A DNA stretch of 63,507 bases, the filler included, from Octopus bimaculoides (taxonomy: Eukaryota), in NCBI RefSeq assembly GCF_001194135.2. It is 5 parts of 4 records of this genome, joined end to end, with 100 filler letters (N's around TTAATTAATTAA, not from the genome) between each part and the next. Parts side by side here need not be neighbours in the genome. Positions count along the whole stretch, not along the records: positions 6,209 to 28,697 come from NC_068981.1; positions 28,798 to 51,519 come from NC_068985.1; 3 more parts are not named here. One strand, written 5' to 3'. This document shows positions 25,688 to 37,349 of the stretch, piece by piece. How positions within the stretch are numbered: the stretch's first letter is position 1; every line of letters starts with the position of its first letter. The notes beneath the pieces were generated by a model, which saw only the letters and a list, made by a program, of their open reading frames with translations, was not told where the DNA came from and made no database searches. Made by a program: the position numbers and the translations under genes.

Positions 25688-26679
25688 GTATATATATATA
25701 TATATATATATATATATNNNNNNNNNNNNNNNNNNNNNNNNNNNNNNNNNNNNNNNNNNNNNNNNNNNNNNNNNNNNNNNNNNNNNNNNNNNNNNNNNNN
25801 NNNNNNNNNNNNNNNNNNNNNNNNNNNNNNNNNNNNNNNNNNNNNNNNNNNNNNNNNNNNNNNNNNNNNNNNNNNNNNNNNNNNNNNNNNNNNNNNNNNN
25901 NNNNNNNNNNNNNNNNNNNNNNNNNNNNNNNNNNNNNNNNNNNNNNNNNNNNNNNNNNNNNNNNNNNNNNNNNNNNNNNNNNNNNNNNNNNNNNNNNNNN
26001 NNNNNNNNNNNNNNNNNNNNNNNNNNNNNNNNNNNNNNNNNNNNNNNNNNNNNNNNNNNNNNNNNNNNNNNNNNNNNNNNNNNNNNNNNNNNNNNNNNNN
26101 NNNNNNNNNNNNNNNNNNNNNNNNNNNNNNNNNNNNNNNNNNNNNNNNNNNNNNNNNNNNNNNNNNNNNNNNNNNNNNNNNNNNNNNNNNNNNNNNNNNN
26201 NNNNNNNNNNNNNNNNNNNNNNNNNNNNNNNNNNNNNNNNNNNNNNNNNNNNNNNNNNNNNNNNNNNNNNNNNNNNNNNNNNNNNNNNNNNNNNNNNNNN
26301 NNNNNNNNNNNNNNNNNNNNNNNNNNNNNNNNNNNNNNNNNNNNNNNNNNNNNNNNNNNNNNNNNNNNNNNNNNNNNNNNNNNNNNNNNNNNNNNNNNNN
26401 NNNNNNNNNNNNNNNNNNNNNNNNNNNNNNNNNNNNNNNNNNNNNNNNNNNNNNNNNNNNNNNNNNNNNNNNNNNNNNNNNNNNNNNNNNNNNNNNNNNN
26501 NNNNNNNNNNNNNNNNNNNNNNNNNNNNNNNNNNNNNNNNNNNNNNNNNNNNNNNNNNNNNNNNNNNNNNNNNNNNNNNNNNNNNNNNNNNNNNNNNNNN
26601 NNNNNNNNNNNNNNNNNNNNNNNNNNNNNNNNNNNNNNNNNNTATATATATATATATATATATATATATGTAAGTGTGT

Positions 26680-26900
26680 ATATGCTTGTGTGCCTGTGTT
26701 TGTTCCCCCACACACACATTGTTTGACAACCGATGCTGGTGTGTTTCTGTCCCCGTAACATTAGCGGTTCGCCAAGTGACCGATAGGATAAGTACTAGGC
26801 TCACAAAGGGTAAGCTCTGGGATCGATTTGCTCGACTAAAGACGGTGCTCCAGCATTGCGGCAGTCAAAGGACTGAAACAATTAAAAAAGTAAAGAGTAA
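26680..26900 (+). mobile_element. SINE family B, 3' module
   Basis: TTGACAACCGATGCTGGTGTGTTT...GCAGTCAAAGGACTGAAAC. Confidence 0.9.
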
Positions 26901-27657
26901 AAGAGTATTATTTCTTGTTTCAGAAATGAGTAGAGAAATATTTATTTATTTAAAATCTTATGAATCGAACGTCACATAACACGTATATAGAAAGAAAATG
27001 TGGAACTCTTTCATGCATATTTTCACCAAATGTGGCGGAGGTATGCATGAAGTTGTAAATGTTCACTTGGGATTTTAATTTCCCCTTAGCTAACATCCAG
27101 AAGAGGCATCATTGAGGGAAATTTCAGTATTTGAGGAAAAGCTAACTTATATTTAATTTAATTGTACAAAGTATGACAGGAAATGTGAAATCTTCTATAC
27201 CGTAATCGCTTATGTGCTTGTGCCGTAATGTGGGTAGTATTAGTACCTGAAAATGGCTAAAGTTTAAACATTTTAATCCAATTAGTGTCCTGGACAGGAA
27301 AGGTGAATACCGTGATTTGTTGATGAAACATTCGTGAACGAGGGAGAGTTGTTTTTCTGCAAAATTGTGTACTAGCAAGTTTATTTGATACTAATTGAAG
27401 GGAGACGGAAATTTGTGTTAACAGATGTACATTGCTAATTTAGATTATTATGCATTGTGTGTTAATGCGTTGTGAAATTTAGCTAAATATCTGAGAGATT
27501 TTCAATATTCACTTCGCTTGCGAAGTTTCGCCCACAATTGTTGAAATCCTTAATTTAGATTATTCTTTGGCATGTAACAGGAAATTGCTATGAAATACCA
27601 AGTAAACAGAAATGTCAATGAGCTCCAAGATGCAATCGGAAATACATAAATAAATAA

Positions 27658-27704
<47 letters not shown>

Positions 27705-28013
27705 CCATATGTTTGTGAAAGGCATCACATACGTGATTAGCAGCTCCCAAACATTCAGACCAAACGACGTTGTCGCAAAAGCTGTGTATATAAACATTTG
27801 GATAATAAGACTGTCCTGGAAAAATATAGATAATCTCCTTGCTACGGAATACATTCACAAACATCAACACAAATGGTGTTAGTGGAACATTCCACTCAAA
27901 ACCTCTGTCAAGTGTAAACATAAAATGCCAGTTCTTGCTGTTTGGGACTGACAAAAAATGGATGTACCGACATGGAGGTTAAATGTCCTGCTGAAGCAAA
28001 TATCTCTTTGAAA

Positions 28014-28085
28014 ATCAAACATGAAGAGAGCGATGCATGAAACATGAAGAGAGTCATGTATCAAACATGAAGAGAGTCATGAATC
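28014..28085. repeat. 23-bp tandem repeat x3 (AAACATGAAGAGAGTCATGTATC-like)
   Basis: Units start at 28017, 28040 and 28063. Confidence 0.85.
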
Positions 28086-28666
28086 CAGACTATCAATAAT
28101 AATTGGCGCACAAGTCTTCTAACTAAACGTCTAACCGACTACCTGGATCAGCTAGGGTTTTCAGAAAAAAGAAATTAACGAACTCTCATATTAAAATACT
28201 GGTTTTAAGTGACACAGTAATGGCATGCAAGACTTTTCTCAAGTACGGCATTGTATTTGTTATTGTTTTTCTTCTCTATGTCCCAAGGATGTGATATTCT
28301 TTTTGTTATCTATATTGTTTTTGTTATCTATATCCCAAGGATGTAACATTATAACTTGCTTAGAAACCAGCTCTTACCTCACAGGCAGAATTAAAAAGAG
28401 AACAGAACATACATATATAAATACATACGGATATAACGTAAACACTCGGTCAGGGAACTTAACTTTGGCGTTTGTATTCGTTATCGCTGTTTAATGAAGC
28501 CCTAATGAACAAATAGCCGCGGACCGACTTGCTTTGCAAATAAGCATATTCCCTCAATGACATGTTGGGAGACAACCTAAAGAACTATAATTCAATAGAC
28601 AAAGAAACTACGTACGTACGTATTTGTGTATATTTGTATATAGGTGTGTATGCCTATGTTCTTGTA

Positions 28667-28697
<31 letters not shown>

Positions 28698-28797
28698 NNN
28701 NNNNNNNNNNNNNNNNNNNNNNNNNNNNNNNNNNNNNNNNNTTAATTAATTAANNNNNNNNNNNNNNNNNNNNNNNNNNNNNNNNNNNNNNNNNNNN
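28698..28797. other. Artificial scaffold spacer (44N-TTAATTAATTAA-44N)
   Basis: Same 100-bp construct as at 6109. Confidence 0.97.
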
Positions 28798-28901
<104 letters not shown>

Positions 28902-29574
28902 TATGTATGTATGTGTCTGCGCTTGCCTCTCGCCGCTTGACAACCCCTGTTGCCTTGTCTACGTGCTTATCAGTTAGCACCAAATTTCACATATATGGTA
29001 CAGAATGTTACAATTCTAGGAAAGAGCATATTCGAAAACCATATCCTTTTTTTATACACGTATCAACTGTTCTTCATTGTAAGTTAAGCTTACGTCAAAA
29101 AATAAACACGCTTAAAAATTTAACGAAATAAAGGTCATAAGCTATCTTTACATAGTGACAACCCGTCTAAATGTTGGTAGGTTGGTTGACCTGCCCTATT
29201 CACGCTTTACAGTGTTTAGAGAGAGGTGGGAGAATCACAAAAGAGAAATAAGTGGAGGGAGATTAAACATAAGAAGTCGAGGAAGGAGCGTCGAAATTGA
29301 CAATAAAAAGCATGATAGAAGGCACGTACTCGATGAACGCCAAATACATAACACATGCTTTCACAGAAAAACACACACACACTCACACGTACACACACGC
29401 ACTCGCATACTCTCACAAACTCGCACACTCACACAATATCACATACACACCTACATATACACACACATAGACATAACTGGACCTTCAGCTGAAAGATAAA
29501 CTTGACGATCAGTTGGCAAGACAAGTTAAAAGAAGCAGTGGGTATGGGTACTTGTATATGTATGTTTGTATCTT

Positions 29575-29779
29575 TTATCTTCCATTTGTTTGAGTCATTA
29601 GACTGCGGCCATGCTGGGGCAATGCCATGAAGAATTTTTAGCCGAATGAATCGAACCCAGTACTTATTATTTTTAAAAACCTGGCACTTATTCTCTATTG
29701 CCGAACCGCTAAGTTACGGGGACGTAAACACACCAACATTTGTTGGCAAGCGGCGGTGAGACAAACACACACACACACA
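29575..29779 (-). mobile_element. SINE family B, 3' module
   Basis: GACTGCGGCCATGCTGGGGC...CCGAACCGCTAAGTTACGGGGACGTAAACACACC; runs into (CA)n and a gap. Confidence 0.88.
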
Positions 29780-30518
29780 NNNNNNNNNNNNNNNNNNNNN
29801 NNNNNNNNNNNNNNNNNNNNNNNNNNNNNNNNNNNNNNNNNNNNNNNNNNNNNNNNNNNNNNNNNNNNNNNNNNNNNNNNNNNNNNNNNNNNNNNNNNNN
29901 NNNNNNNNNNNNNNNNNNNNNNNNNNNNNNNNNNNNNNNNNNNNNNNNNNNNNNNNNNNNNNNNNNNNNNNNNNNNNNNNNNNNNNNNNNNNNNNNNNNN
30001 NNNNNNNNNNNNNNNNNNNNNNNNNNNNNNNNNNNNNNNNNNNNNNNNNNNNNNNNNNNNNNNNNNNNNNNNNNNNNNNNNNNNNNNNNNNNNNNNNNNN
30101 NNNNNNNNNNNNNNNNNNNNNNNNNNNNNNNNNNNNNNNNNNNNNNNNNNNNNNNNNNNNNNNNNNNNNNNNNNNNNNNNNNNNNNNNNNNNNNNNNNNN
30201 NNNNNNNNNNNNNNNNNNNNNNNNNNNNNNNNNNNNNNNNNNNNNNNNNNNNNNNNNNNNNNNNNNNNNNNNNNNNNNNNNNNNNNNNNNNNNNNNNNNN
30301 NNNNNNNNNNNNNNNNNNNNNNNNNNNNNNNNNNNNNNNNNNNNNNNNNNNNNNNNNNNNNNNNNNNNNNNNNNNNNNNNNNNNNNNNNNNNNNNNNNNN
30401 NNNNNNNNNNNNNNNNNNNNNNNNNNNNNNNNNNNNNNNNNNNNNNNNNNNNNNNNNNNNNNNNNNNNNNNNNNNNNNNNNNNNNNNNNNNNNNNNNNNN
30501 NNNNNNNNNNNNNNNNNN

Positions 30519-30775
30519 GGTGGTGGCGAACCCTGCTGTACTCTTCCATCACAACTTTCTCTCACTATTACTTCCTGTTTCTGTTGTGCCTGTAATTCAA
30601 AGGGTTAGCCTTGTCACACTGTGTCACGCTGAATCTCCCCGAGAACTACGTTAAGGGTACACGTGTCTGTGGAGTGCTCAGCCACTTGCATGTTAATTTC
30701 ACGAGCAGGCTGTTCCGTTGATCGGATCAACTGGCACCCTCGACGTCGTAAGCGACGGAGTGCCAACAACAACAA
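30519..30775 (+). mobile_element. SINE family C, 3' part
   Basis: Aligns to 25465-25687 and extends it (GATCGGATCAACTGGCACCCTCGACGTCGTAAGCGACGGAGTGCC, then an AAC tail). Confidence 0.85.
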
Positions 30776-31204
30776 CAATTGTACGACTATTTTGGTAACG
30801 CTGAGACTTGTATGAAACTTGGTGCCTTTATCGATTGTGTCTTCGATTTGTTTCCATACTTCATCAGTTATTTCTCTCACGAAGAATATGAATGTTAGCT
30901 ATATAATAATAAATTATACCTTAGATTTCGTTCCATAGTTCAGACAGCACTAGTTTAAAACATTATATACTTAAACCATAGTGGAATAGTATTATGGACA
31001 TTCTGTAATAAATATTAATAACTATAGTTGCAATGGAGCGTGGTTTACCAACGGCGACTAGTTTGCCAGTGAGACGACATATGTTAAGTATATTGTGACT
31101 TTCGTACAGCTAATTAATTATTCATAGCTATACATGTATTGCTGTTGTTATTATTATAATGGTCGACATTCAACGTGATAGTATTATTACGGTGATATCC
31201 TTAT

Positions 31205-31311
31205 ATTTGTTGGTTGTGTGGGTAAAAAGCTTACTTCTCAACCGCGTGGTCTTGGGTTCGGTCCTGCTGTGTAGTGCATTGGTCATGTGTCTTTTATTAT
31301 AGACTTGGGCC
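31205..31311 (+). mobile_element. SINE family B 5' part, interrupted
   Basis: Degenerate head through CTTTTATTATAGACTTGGGCC; family sequence resumes near 32188. Confidence 0.65.
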
Positions 31312-31438
31312 GGTGCTACTATAGTATATCTATCTTGCTATTTGCGACCTACCGTAAATGACAATGCACTCTACCAAACAACCCACTTACGGCCTTCGGC
31401 AATTAATTCTAGCCCGTTTAGTTGTTCACACTAGCACC

Positions 31439-31909
31439 ATGTTGGCCAGAGACTTTTACAAAATGATCTCAGGTGAAAATGAATCGGTGTCTTTTTTGAG
31501 AGAGCACTATCTTATTGACTAGGTAGGAAATGTAACTCCTTGTCATAAATGCGGAACACAAATGTAAGAATAAAGAAAGAGGAATAGAACGGGAGAATTC
31601 CGGCCAATATTGAGATGTTCGAAAAAAGGGTGCCAAGCATATCACTCAGTTCGGGAAGGAAGTCAGTTTTTCTACTATACCGATTTGAATGAGAAGATCA
31701 ATAGCAGATTGAGTGTGTGTGAAGTTTAAGAATTAGTGTACTATTTTATTCACGAGATCCCGATGAATACTACAGTAACCTTTACTGGAAAGTCGCCCAA
31801 TACTATTACAGACTGGTTTAATATGTATTGTGAAGTGTGTAGCGTGATATCACACCAAACGAGGGGTCAAATGATTGGCACACAGGAAAATCCTATAAAG
31901 ATTGACGAG
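31439..31909 (+). pseudogene. Merlin (IS1595/IS1016-type) transposase relic, N-terminal part
   Basis: One frame with 4 stops: MLARDFYKMISGENESVSFLREHYLID*VGNVTPCHKCGTQM*E*RKRNRTGEFRPILRCSKKGCQAYHSVREGSQFF...LVYYF...SPNTITDWFNMYCEVCS...QMIGTQENPIKIDE. CxxC...RCxxxxC zinc ribbon, TIxDWFNxxxEVC, and IGxxxxxxxIDE first catalytic Asp. Confidence 0.8.
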
Positions 31910-32009
31910 GTAGATATCACACTATAGTAGGAAATTAATAGTAGATATCATACTATAGTAGACAATGGATGATAGATATCATACTACAGTATGATATCTA
32001 TCATCCATC

Positions 32010-32048
<39 letters not shown>

Positions 32049-32057
32049 CATCCATCC

Positions 32058-32113
<56 letters not shown>

Positions 32114-32187
32114 GTGCTATCGAGAAGCACTACCCGTTCGGGATAAGCTCTACAGGCATGGCTCGAGAAACACGGGCCAATCAAATC

Positions 32188-32247
32188 CTTGGGCCAATCA
32201 AATCTTTGCGAGTGGATTCGGTAGTCGGAAACTTAAAGACATCCATC

Positions 32248-32250
<3 letters not shown>
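32188..32250 (+). mobile_element. SINE family B, continuation fragment
   Basis: TTGGGCCAATCAAATCTTTGCGAGTGGATTCGGTAGTCGGAAACTTAAAGA matches the family body. Confidence 0.7.
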
Positions 32251-32294
<44 letters not shown>

Positions 32295-32303
32295 CATCCA
32301 TCC

Positions 32304-32359
<56 letters not shown>

Positions 32360-33132
32360 GTGCTATCGAGAAGCACTACCCGTTCGGGATAAGCTCTACA
32401 GGCATNNNNNNNNNNNNNNNNNNNNNNNNNNNNNNNNNNNNNNNNNNNNNNNNNNNNNNNNNNNNNNNNNNNNNNNNNNNNNNNNNNNNNNNNNNNNNNN
32501 NNNNNNNNNNNNNNNNNNNNNNNNNNNNNNNNNNNNNNNNNNNNNNNNNNNNNNNNNNNNNNNNNNNNNNNNNNNNNNNNNNNNNNNNNNNNNNNNNNNN
32601 NNNNNNNNNNNNNNNNNNNNNNNNNNNNNNNNNNNNNNNNNNNNNNNNNNNNNNNNNNNNNNNNNNNNNNNNNNNNNNNNNNNNNNNNNNNNNNNNNNNN
32701 NNNNNNNNNNNNNNNNNNNNNNNNNNNNNNNNNNNNNNNNNNNNNNNNNNNNNNNNNNNNNNNNNNNNNNNNNNNNNNNNNNNNNNNNNNNNNNNNNNNN
32801 NNNNNNNNNNNNNNNNNNNNNNNNNNNNNNNNNNNNNNNNNNNNNNNNNNNNNNNNNNNNNNNNNNNNNNNNNNNNNNNNNNNNNNNNNNNNNNNNNNNN
32901 NNNNNNNNNNNNNNNNNNNNNNNNNNNNNNNNNNNNNNNNNNNNNNNNNNNNNNNNNNNNNNNNNNNNNNNNNNNNNNNNNNNNNNNNNNNNNNNNNNNN
33001 NNNNNNNNNNNNNNNNNNNNNNNNNNNNNNNNNNNTTTTTTTTTTTTCCTTCCTTCCCGCTCCCAAAAAGAAAAGCTCTACATTGTATTTGTCCCATCTT
33101 CGTTGAGCCCTGTGTGGCTAATAAAAGAAATG

Positions 33133-33173
<41 letters not shown>

Positions 33174-33184
33174 GCATGTGTGTG

Positions 33185-33392
33185 CGTGCGTACGCACAAT
33201 TGTGTTTGTTTTTGTCACCCACCACCGCTTGACGACCGGTGTTTGCTTGTTTACATCCTCGTAACTTAGCAGTTCAGCAAATGATAACAATAGAATAAGC
33301 GCCAGACTCGATTTTAAGAATCGGGCTCGGTTTGTTCGACTAAACCTGTCAAGTAGGTGCCTCAGCATGGCCGCAGTCCAATTACTGAAACT
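33185..33392 (+). mobile_element. SINE family B, 3' module, diverged
   Basis: CCGCTTGACGACCGGTGTTT...CAGCATGGCCGCAGTCCAATTACTGAAAC. Confidence 0.85.
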
Positions 33393-33609
33393 TTTTTTCT
33401 TTTATAAACAAAGGTATGTCTACGTATTTGATGCCTCACTATTTTGTTTTAGCAACCTGAGGGCCGAGGTAAACGATCTCTGATGATTCTGCAAAGTGAA
33501 GTCGAAACCAGTCGATTCTGTGTTCCTTTTAAGCTGCCGGAGATTTTTTAGTTTATGTTAGTTAACTGCATTGTGTATGACTCACTCACTCACACACACA
33601 CACACACAC

Positions 33610-33752
33610 ACGACGGGTTTCCACACAGTTTCCGCCTATGAATTGCACGTAGAAGGTATTCATCAGTCGAAGACTATAGTAAATGGCATTTGTCCAAGAT
33701 ACCATGCTGTGTGACCGAACCCGAGACTTCATTGTTGCGAAGCAAACTTCTG
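33610..33752 (-). mobile_element. SINE family B, 5' module, degraded
   Basis: CGACGGGTTTCCACACAGTTTCCGCCTA...CTATAGTAAATGGCATTTGTCCAAG. Confidence 0.7.
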
Positions 33753-33771
33753 AGCCATACACACATGCTTG

Positions 33772-33818
<47 letters not shown>

Positions 33819-34261
33819 GTCTGTCAGTCCGTCTGTCCATCTGTCTGTTTGTCTGTCTGTCTGTCTGCATGTATACATGTACGTAAGTATGTGTGTGTGT
33901 GTTTACTCACACGTACATGCGCACATACACGTGCACACATACATGCACGCACACACACACACACACACACACAGACGCACACACATGCACACACACAGAC
34001 GCACACACATACACACACAACTGAATACTAAAAAAATTCTGTGTAGACATGAGAAATGAAAGAGTTCGCGCTGTTTAAAGTAGAAAAGCAGAATAAGATT
34101 ATTTTTATTCATCTGAAAATCCAATATGTATATTCTGTAGCATGCTAATATTTTATCTTTGTGCATATTATTCTATTATGAATTATAATATATGCAAATT
34201 TTATTGCATTCAGTACCTTTTTGTAAAATACTGTTGTATTACATATTATGATATACAATCA

Positions 34262-34337
<76 letters not shown>

Positions 34338-34681
34338 ATATATTCATATATACACGCGCGGGCGCTCACACACATACGCACACATATATATATAGACATG
34401 CAACACGCGCGCGCACACACACGCACACACACGCACACACACACACACACGCGTACATATTATCTTTGCATATACTTTTCTGTGAAATATTACATGAATA
34501 TTATTTTGCATTTTCTATTTTCTCTATGTATTCTCGATCATAGTGCCGTGTGTGTTATATAATATATATATTATATATATATATTATCATAGTGCTATGT
34601 GTGTATATATATTTTCTATCTGCATATTTTTTTCTAACTGTATTTTCTAGTATATTCAGTTGAAAAGAAACTTTCATACTA

Positions 34682-34845
34682 TAGACGCAGGTATAGCTGT
34701 GTGGTAAGATATTTGCTTTCCAGCCACATGGATTCGGGTTCAGTCATACTGCACAGCACTTTAAGCAGGTGTCTTCTACTATAGCCTCGGGTCGAGCAAA
34801 GCCATCTGAATGGATTTTGAAAGAAAACCGTTGTGTATATATATA
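34682..34845 (+). mobile_element. SINE family B, 5' module
   Basis: GCAGGTATAGCTGTGTGGTAAG head, GGGTTCAGTC, TGTCTTCTACTATAGCCTCGGG; ends in (TA)n and a gap. Confidence 0.85.
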
Positions 34846-34904
34846 TATATNNNNNNNNNNNNNNNNNNNNNNNNNNNNNNNNNNNNNNNNNNNNNNNNNN
34901 NGGA

Positions 34905-35190
34905 CGAATTTTCACTGAAAAAAAAAACCAAAAGACGAAGGCAGGTGGTGTAGACAACAAATAGATGTATTAGTATAACGCCCGAGAAGGGAAAAAGTCT
35001 ATAACGTTTCGAGCCTGCGCTCTTCTACAGAAAGAAACACAGAAAGAAACACAGAAAGAAACACAGAAAGAAACAAGGAGAGAAAATAAAGAATGTGTAG
35101 TGGCTGGCAATCTATCATGGTAAATGCCGGACAGAGGGGTCACATAGGAGAGTTAGGAAGAAGGGGAGATAATAAAGTAGTGGTGATCCC
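34905..35190 (-). mobile_element. Penelope-like terminal fragment with hammerhead motif (34998-35035)
   Basis: Reverse complement reads TCTTT-CTGTAGA-A-GAGC-GCAG-GCTC-GAAA-CGTT-ATAGA; same family as 12950-13115. Confidence 0.65.
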
Positions 35191-35349
35191 ATACATATAT
35201 GTTGTCTGTAGTTCATTGTTCTAACGTCTTGTACCCTGATATGCATATATATACACATGTAGATGTAAGTATGTACATATATGTGTGTATACATGTATAT
35301 ATATTCTTTGTATTATATATATATATATATATATATATACAAAAGCACA

Positions 35350-35566
35350 CCAGGGGGTGCAGAAAAGTTCCTGGCTTTGAGTAAAAGATAATACAGGAGA
35401 ATCAGTTGATTATCATTTTATTCAACATATACCCCTCTCAGATTCACACACTTATTGCAGTGGTCCTTCAGGTTTTCTAAGCGCTCTAAAAGAACTCAGA
35501 ACGTTGGGCTTCATGCAAGATTTTTCGCGTTACGCTTAACGCCAGGAACTTTTCAGCACTCCCTCG
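35350..35566. mobile_element. Mariner-derived MITE (217 bp)
   Basis: TIRs CCAGGGGGTGCAGAAAAGTTCCTGGC and GCCAGGAACTTTTCAGCACTCCCTCG; TA at right, decayed CA at left; no coding content. Confidence 0.85.
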
Positions 35567-35619
35567 TATATGTGTGTGCGTGTGTGTATGCGTGTGTGTA
35601 CATTTACGCACGTGTATAC

Positions 35620-35835
35620 ATATGTATGTGTGTATATCACCACTGCTTGATAATCAGTGTTGGTTTGTTTACGTCGCAATAACTTAAACTGTTCGGAAAA
35701 AGAATATGATAGAATAAACACCAGACTTCGAATAAAAAGTAAGTTCTGGGGTTGATTTGGTTAAGTAAATCCTTCAAGGCCGTGCCCCAGCATGGTCGCA
35801 GTCCAATGATTGAAACAAGTTAAGGATAAAAGATA
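35620..35835 (+). mobile_element. SINE family B, 3' module
   Basis: CTGCTTGATAATCAGTGTTGGTTTGTTTACGTC...CAGCATGGTCGCAGTCCAATGATTGAAAC. Confidence 0.85.
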
Positions 35836-36217
35836 CAGTTTCATCTGCTTCCGGTCTCTTCTTTACATGTTATGTAATCGAACCACCAGATGTCCTATTT
35901 TAATGTGTCACTAAATAATCTTGATGCTGGTAAAACTTTTGTCGTATTATGAGAAGCTGTTGTCTTTTGTCTGTGACCAACGTGCTTAACTCTCGCTCGC
36001 TGACTCAGATAAACATAGCTATCAAAGAATATACGATGAGTAGGTGCAGTTCTCATTTGTGAGCAGCGCCGGATTAAGACCCATTGAGTCCTAAGCACTT
36101 AGAAGATTTTGGTGCCCTCATATATATTTATGTAATTCAAAATATAAACAATCTAAACCATAAAATAAATTTTAATGACCTGTAGGGACACGGTATTTTG
36201 TTATGCAATCATAATAT

Positions 36218-36417
36218 ATTCCTTTTTACTGTAGGGACAGCGCTCGAAATTTTTGGGGAAGGGGCCAGTCGATTAGATCGACCGCAGTATGCAACTGGTA
36301 CATAATTTATCGACCCCGAAAGGATGAAAGGCAAAGTCGACCTTGGTGAAATTTGAAGTCAGAACGTAAAGATAGACGAAATACCGCTAAGCATTTCGCC
36401 CGGCGTGTTAACGTTTC
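36218..36417 (-). mobile_element. SINE family A
   Basis: CGACCCCGAAAGGATGAAAGGCAAAGTCGACC...GCTAAGCATTTCGCCCGGCG; lacks the first ~15 nt. Confidence 0.88.
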
Positions 36418-36649
36418 TTATTTCTTTATTGGCCACAAGGGGCTAAATATAGAGGTGACAAACAAGGATAGACAAATGGATTAAGTCGATTACATCGACC
36501 CCAATGCGTAACTGGTACTTAATTCATCGACCCCGAAAGGATGAAAGGCAAAAGACCTCGGCGGAATTTGAACTCAGAACATAAAGACAGATGAAATGCT
36601 GCTAAGCATTTCGCCCGGCGAGTTAACGTTTCTGCCAGCTCGCCGCCTT
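36418..36649 (-). mobile_element. SINE family A, variant with a different 3' tail
   Basis: Same head and body as family A, but the 3' end (read on +) is TTATTTCTTTATTGGCCACAAGGGGCTAAATATAGAGGTGACAAACAAGG. Confidence 0.85.
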
Positions 36650-36898
36650 GTGTCGATAATGTACTACAAAGTATATTAAACGTTTTTATTAGTCAATACT
36701 GTGTTTTACAAGATATAAAATATAATTTAATGTTTATTTTTGTACGCTTCCACTTTGTTTATATTTAAAAAGTCTTTCTCCTACTTTTTTTTTAATTGCA
36801 AAATCTCTGATCATATCCTCACTATGGCACCATGAACACTTCGAAATTATATTTCCGATCATATATTATATAAATCATTTCGAATATTACTTTAGTCT

Positions 36899-37100
36899 GC
36901 GGTGGTGAGCTGGTGGAATCGTTAGCACGCCGGGCAAAAGGCTTAACAGCATTTCGTTTGTCATTACGTAGTGAGTTCAAATTTCGCTGAGATCAACTTT
37001 GCCTTTCATCCTTTCGGGTTCGATAAAATAAATACCAGTCGATGTAATCGACTTATTCCCTTCCCCCGAAATTTCTGGACTTGTGCCAAAATTTGAAACC
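36899..37100 (+). mobile_element. SINE family A
   Basis: GGTGGTGAGCTGGTGGAATCGTTAGCACGCCGGGC head, GAGTTCAAATTTC, 3' TTGTGCCAAAATTTGAAACC. Confidence 0.88.
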
Positions 37101-37349
37101 CATATTGTCATAGCAAGTTTGAAGTGATTTCTTTTGTGCTGTGAACCACTTACCATTTTTATGGTAACCCCCTTCCATTGATGTCCAAAGTACATGCTTA
37201 TTTAGCTCAGTAGTTGATCCAGCACTGGTTGTGAGGAATAGGAGTCAAATAATTGTTTCAGAGACGTTATTATAGCATCTAGAACATGACGGGTAAATTT
37301 TGGGATATATTTTTGTCACCATGGATAATATTAGGAAATATGACATATA

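Noticed and set aside
32002-32405. Direct duplication of about 160 bp (microsatellites + GTGCTATCGAGAAGCACTACCCG...)
   Set aside because: The second copy ends at a gap and differs mainly in repeat number; cannot separate allelic or assembly duplication from a real tandem duplication.
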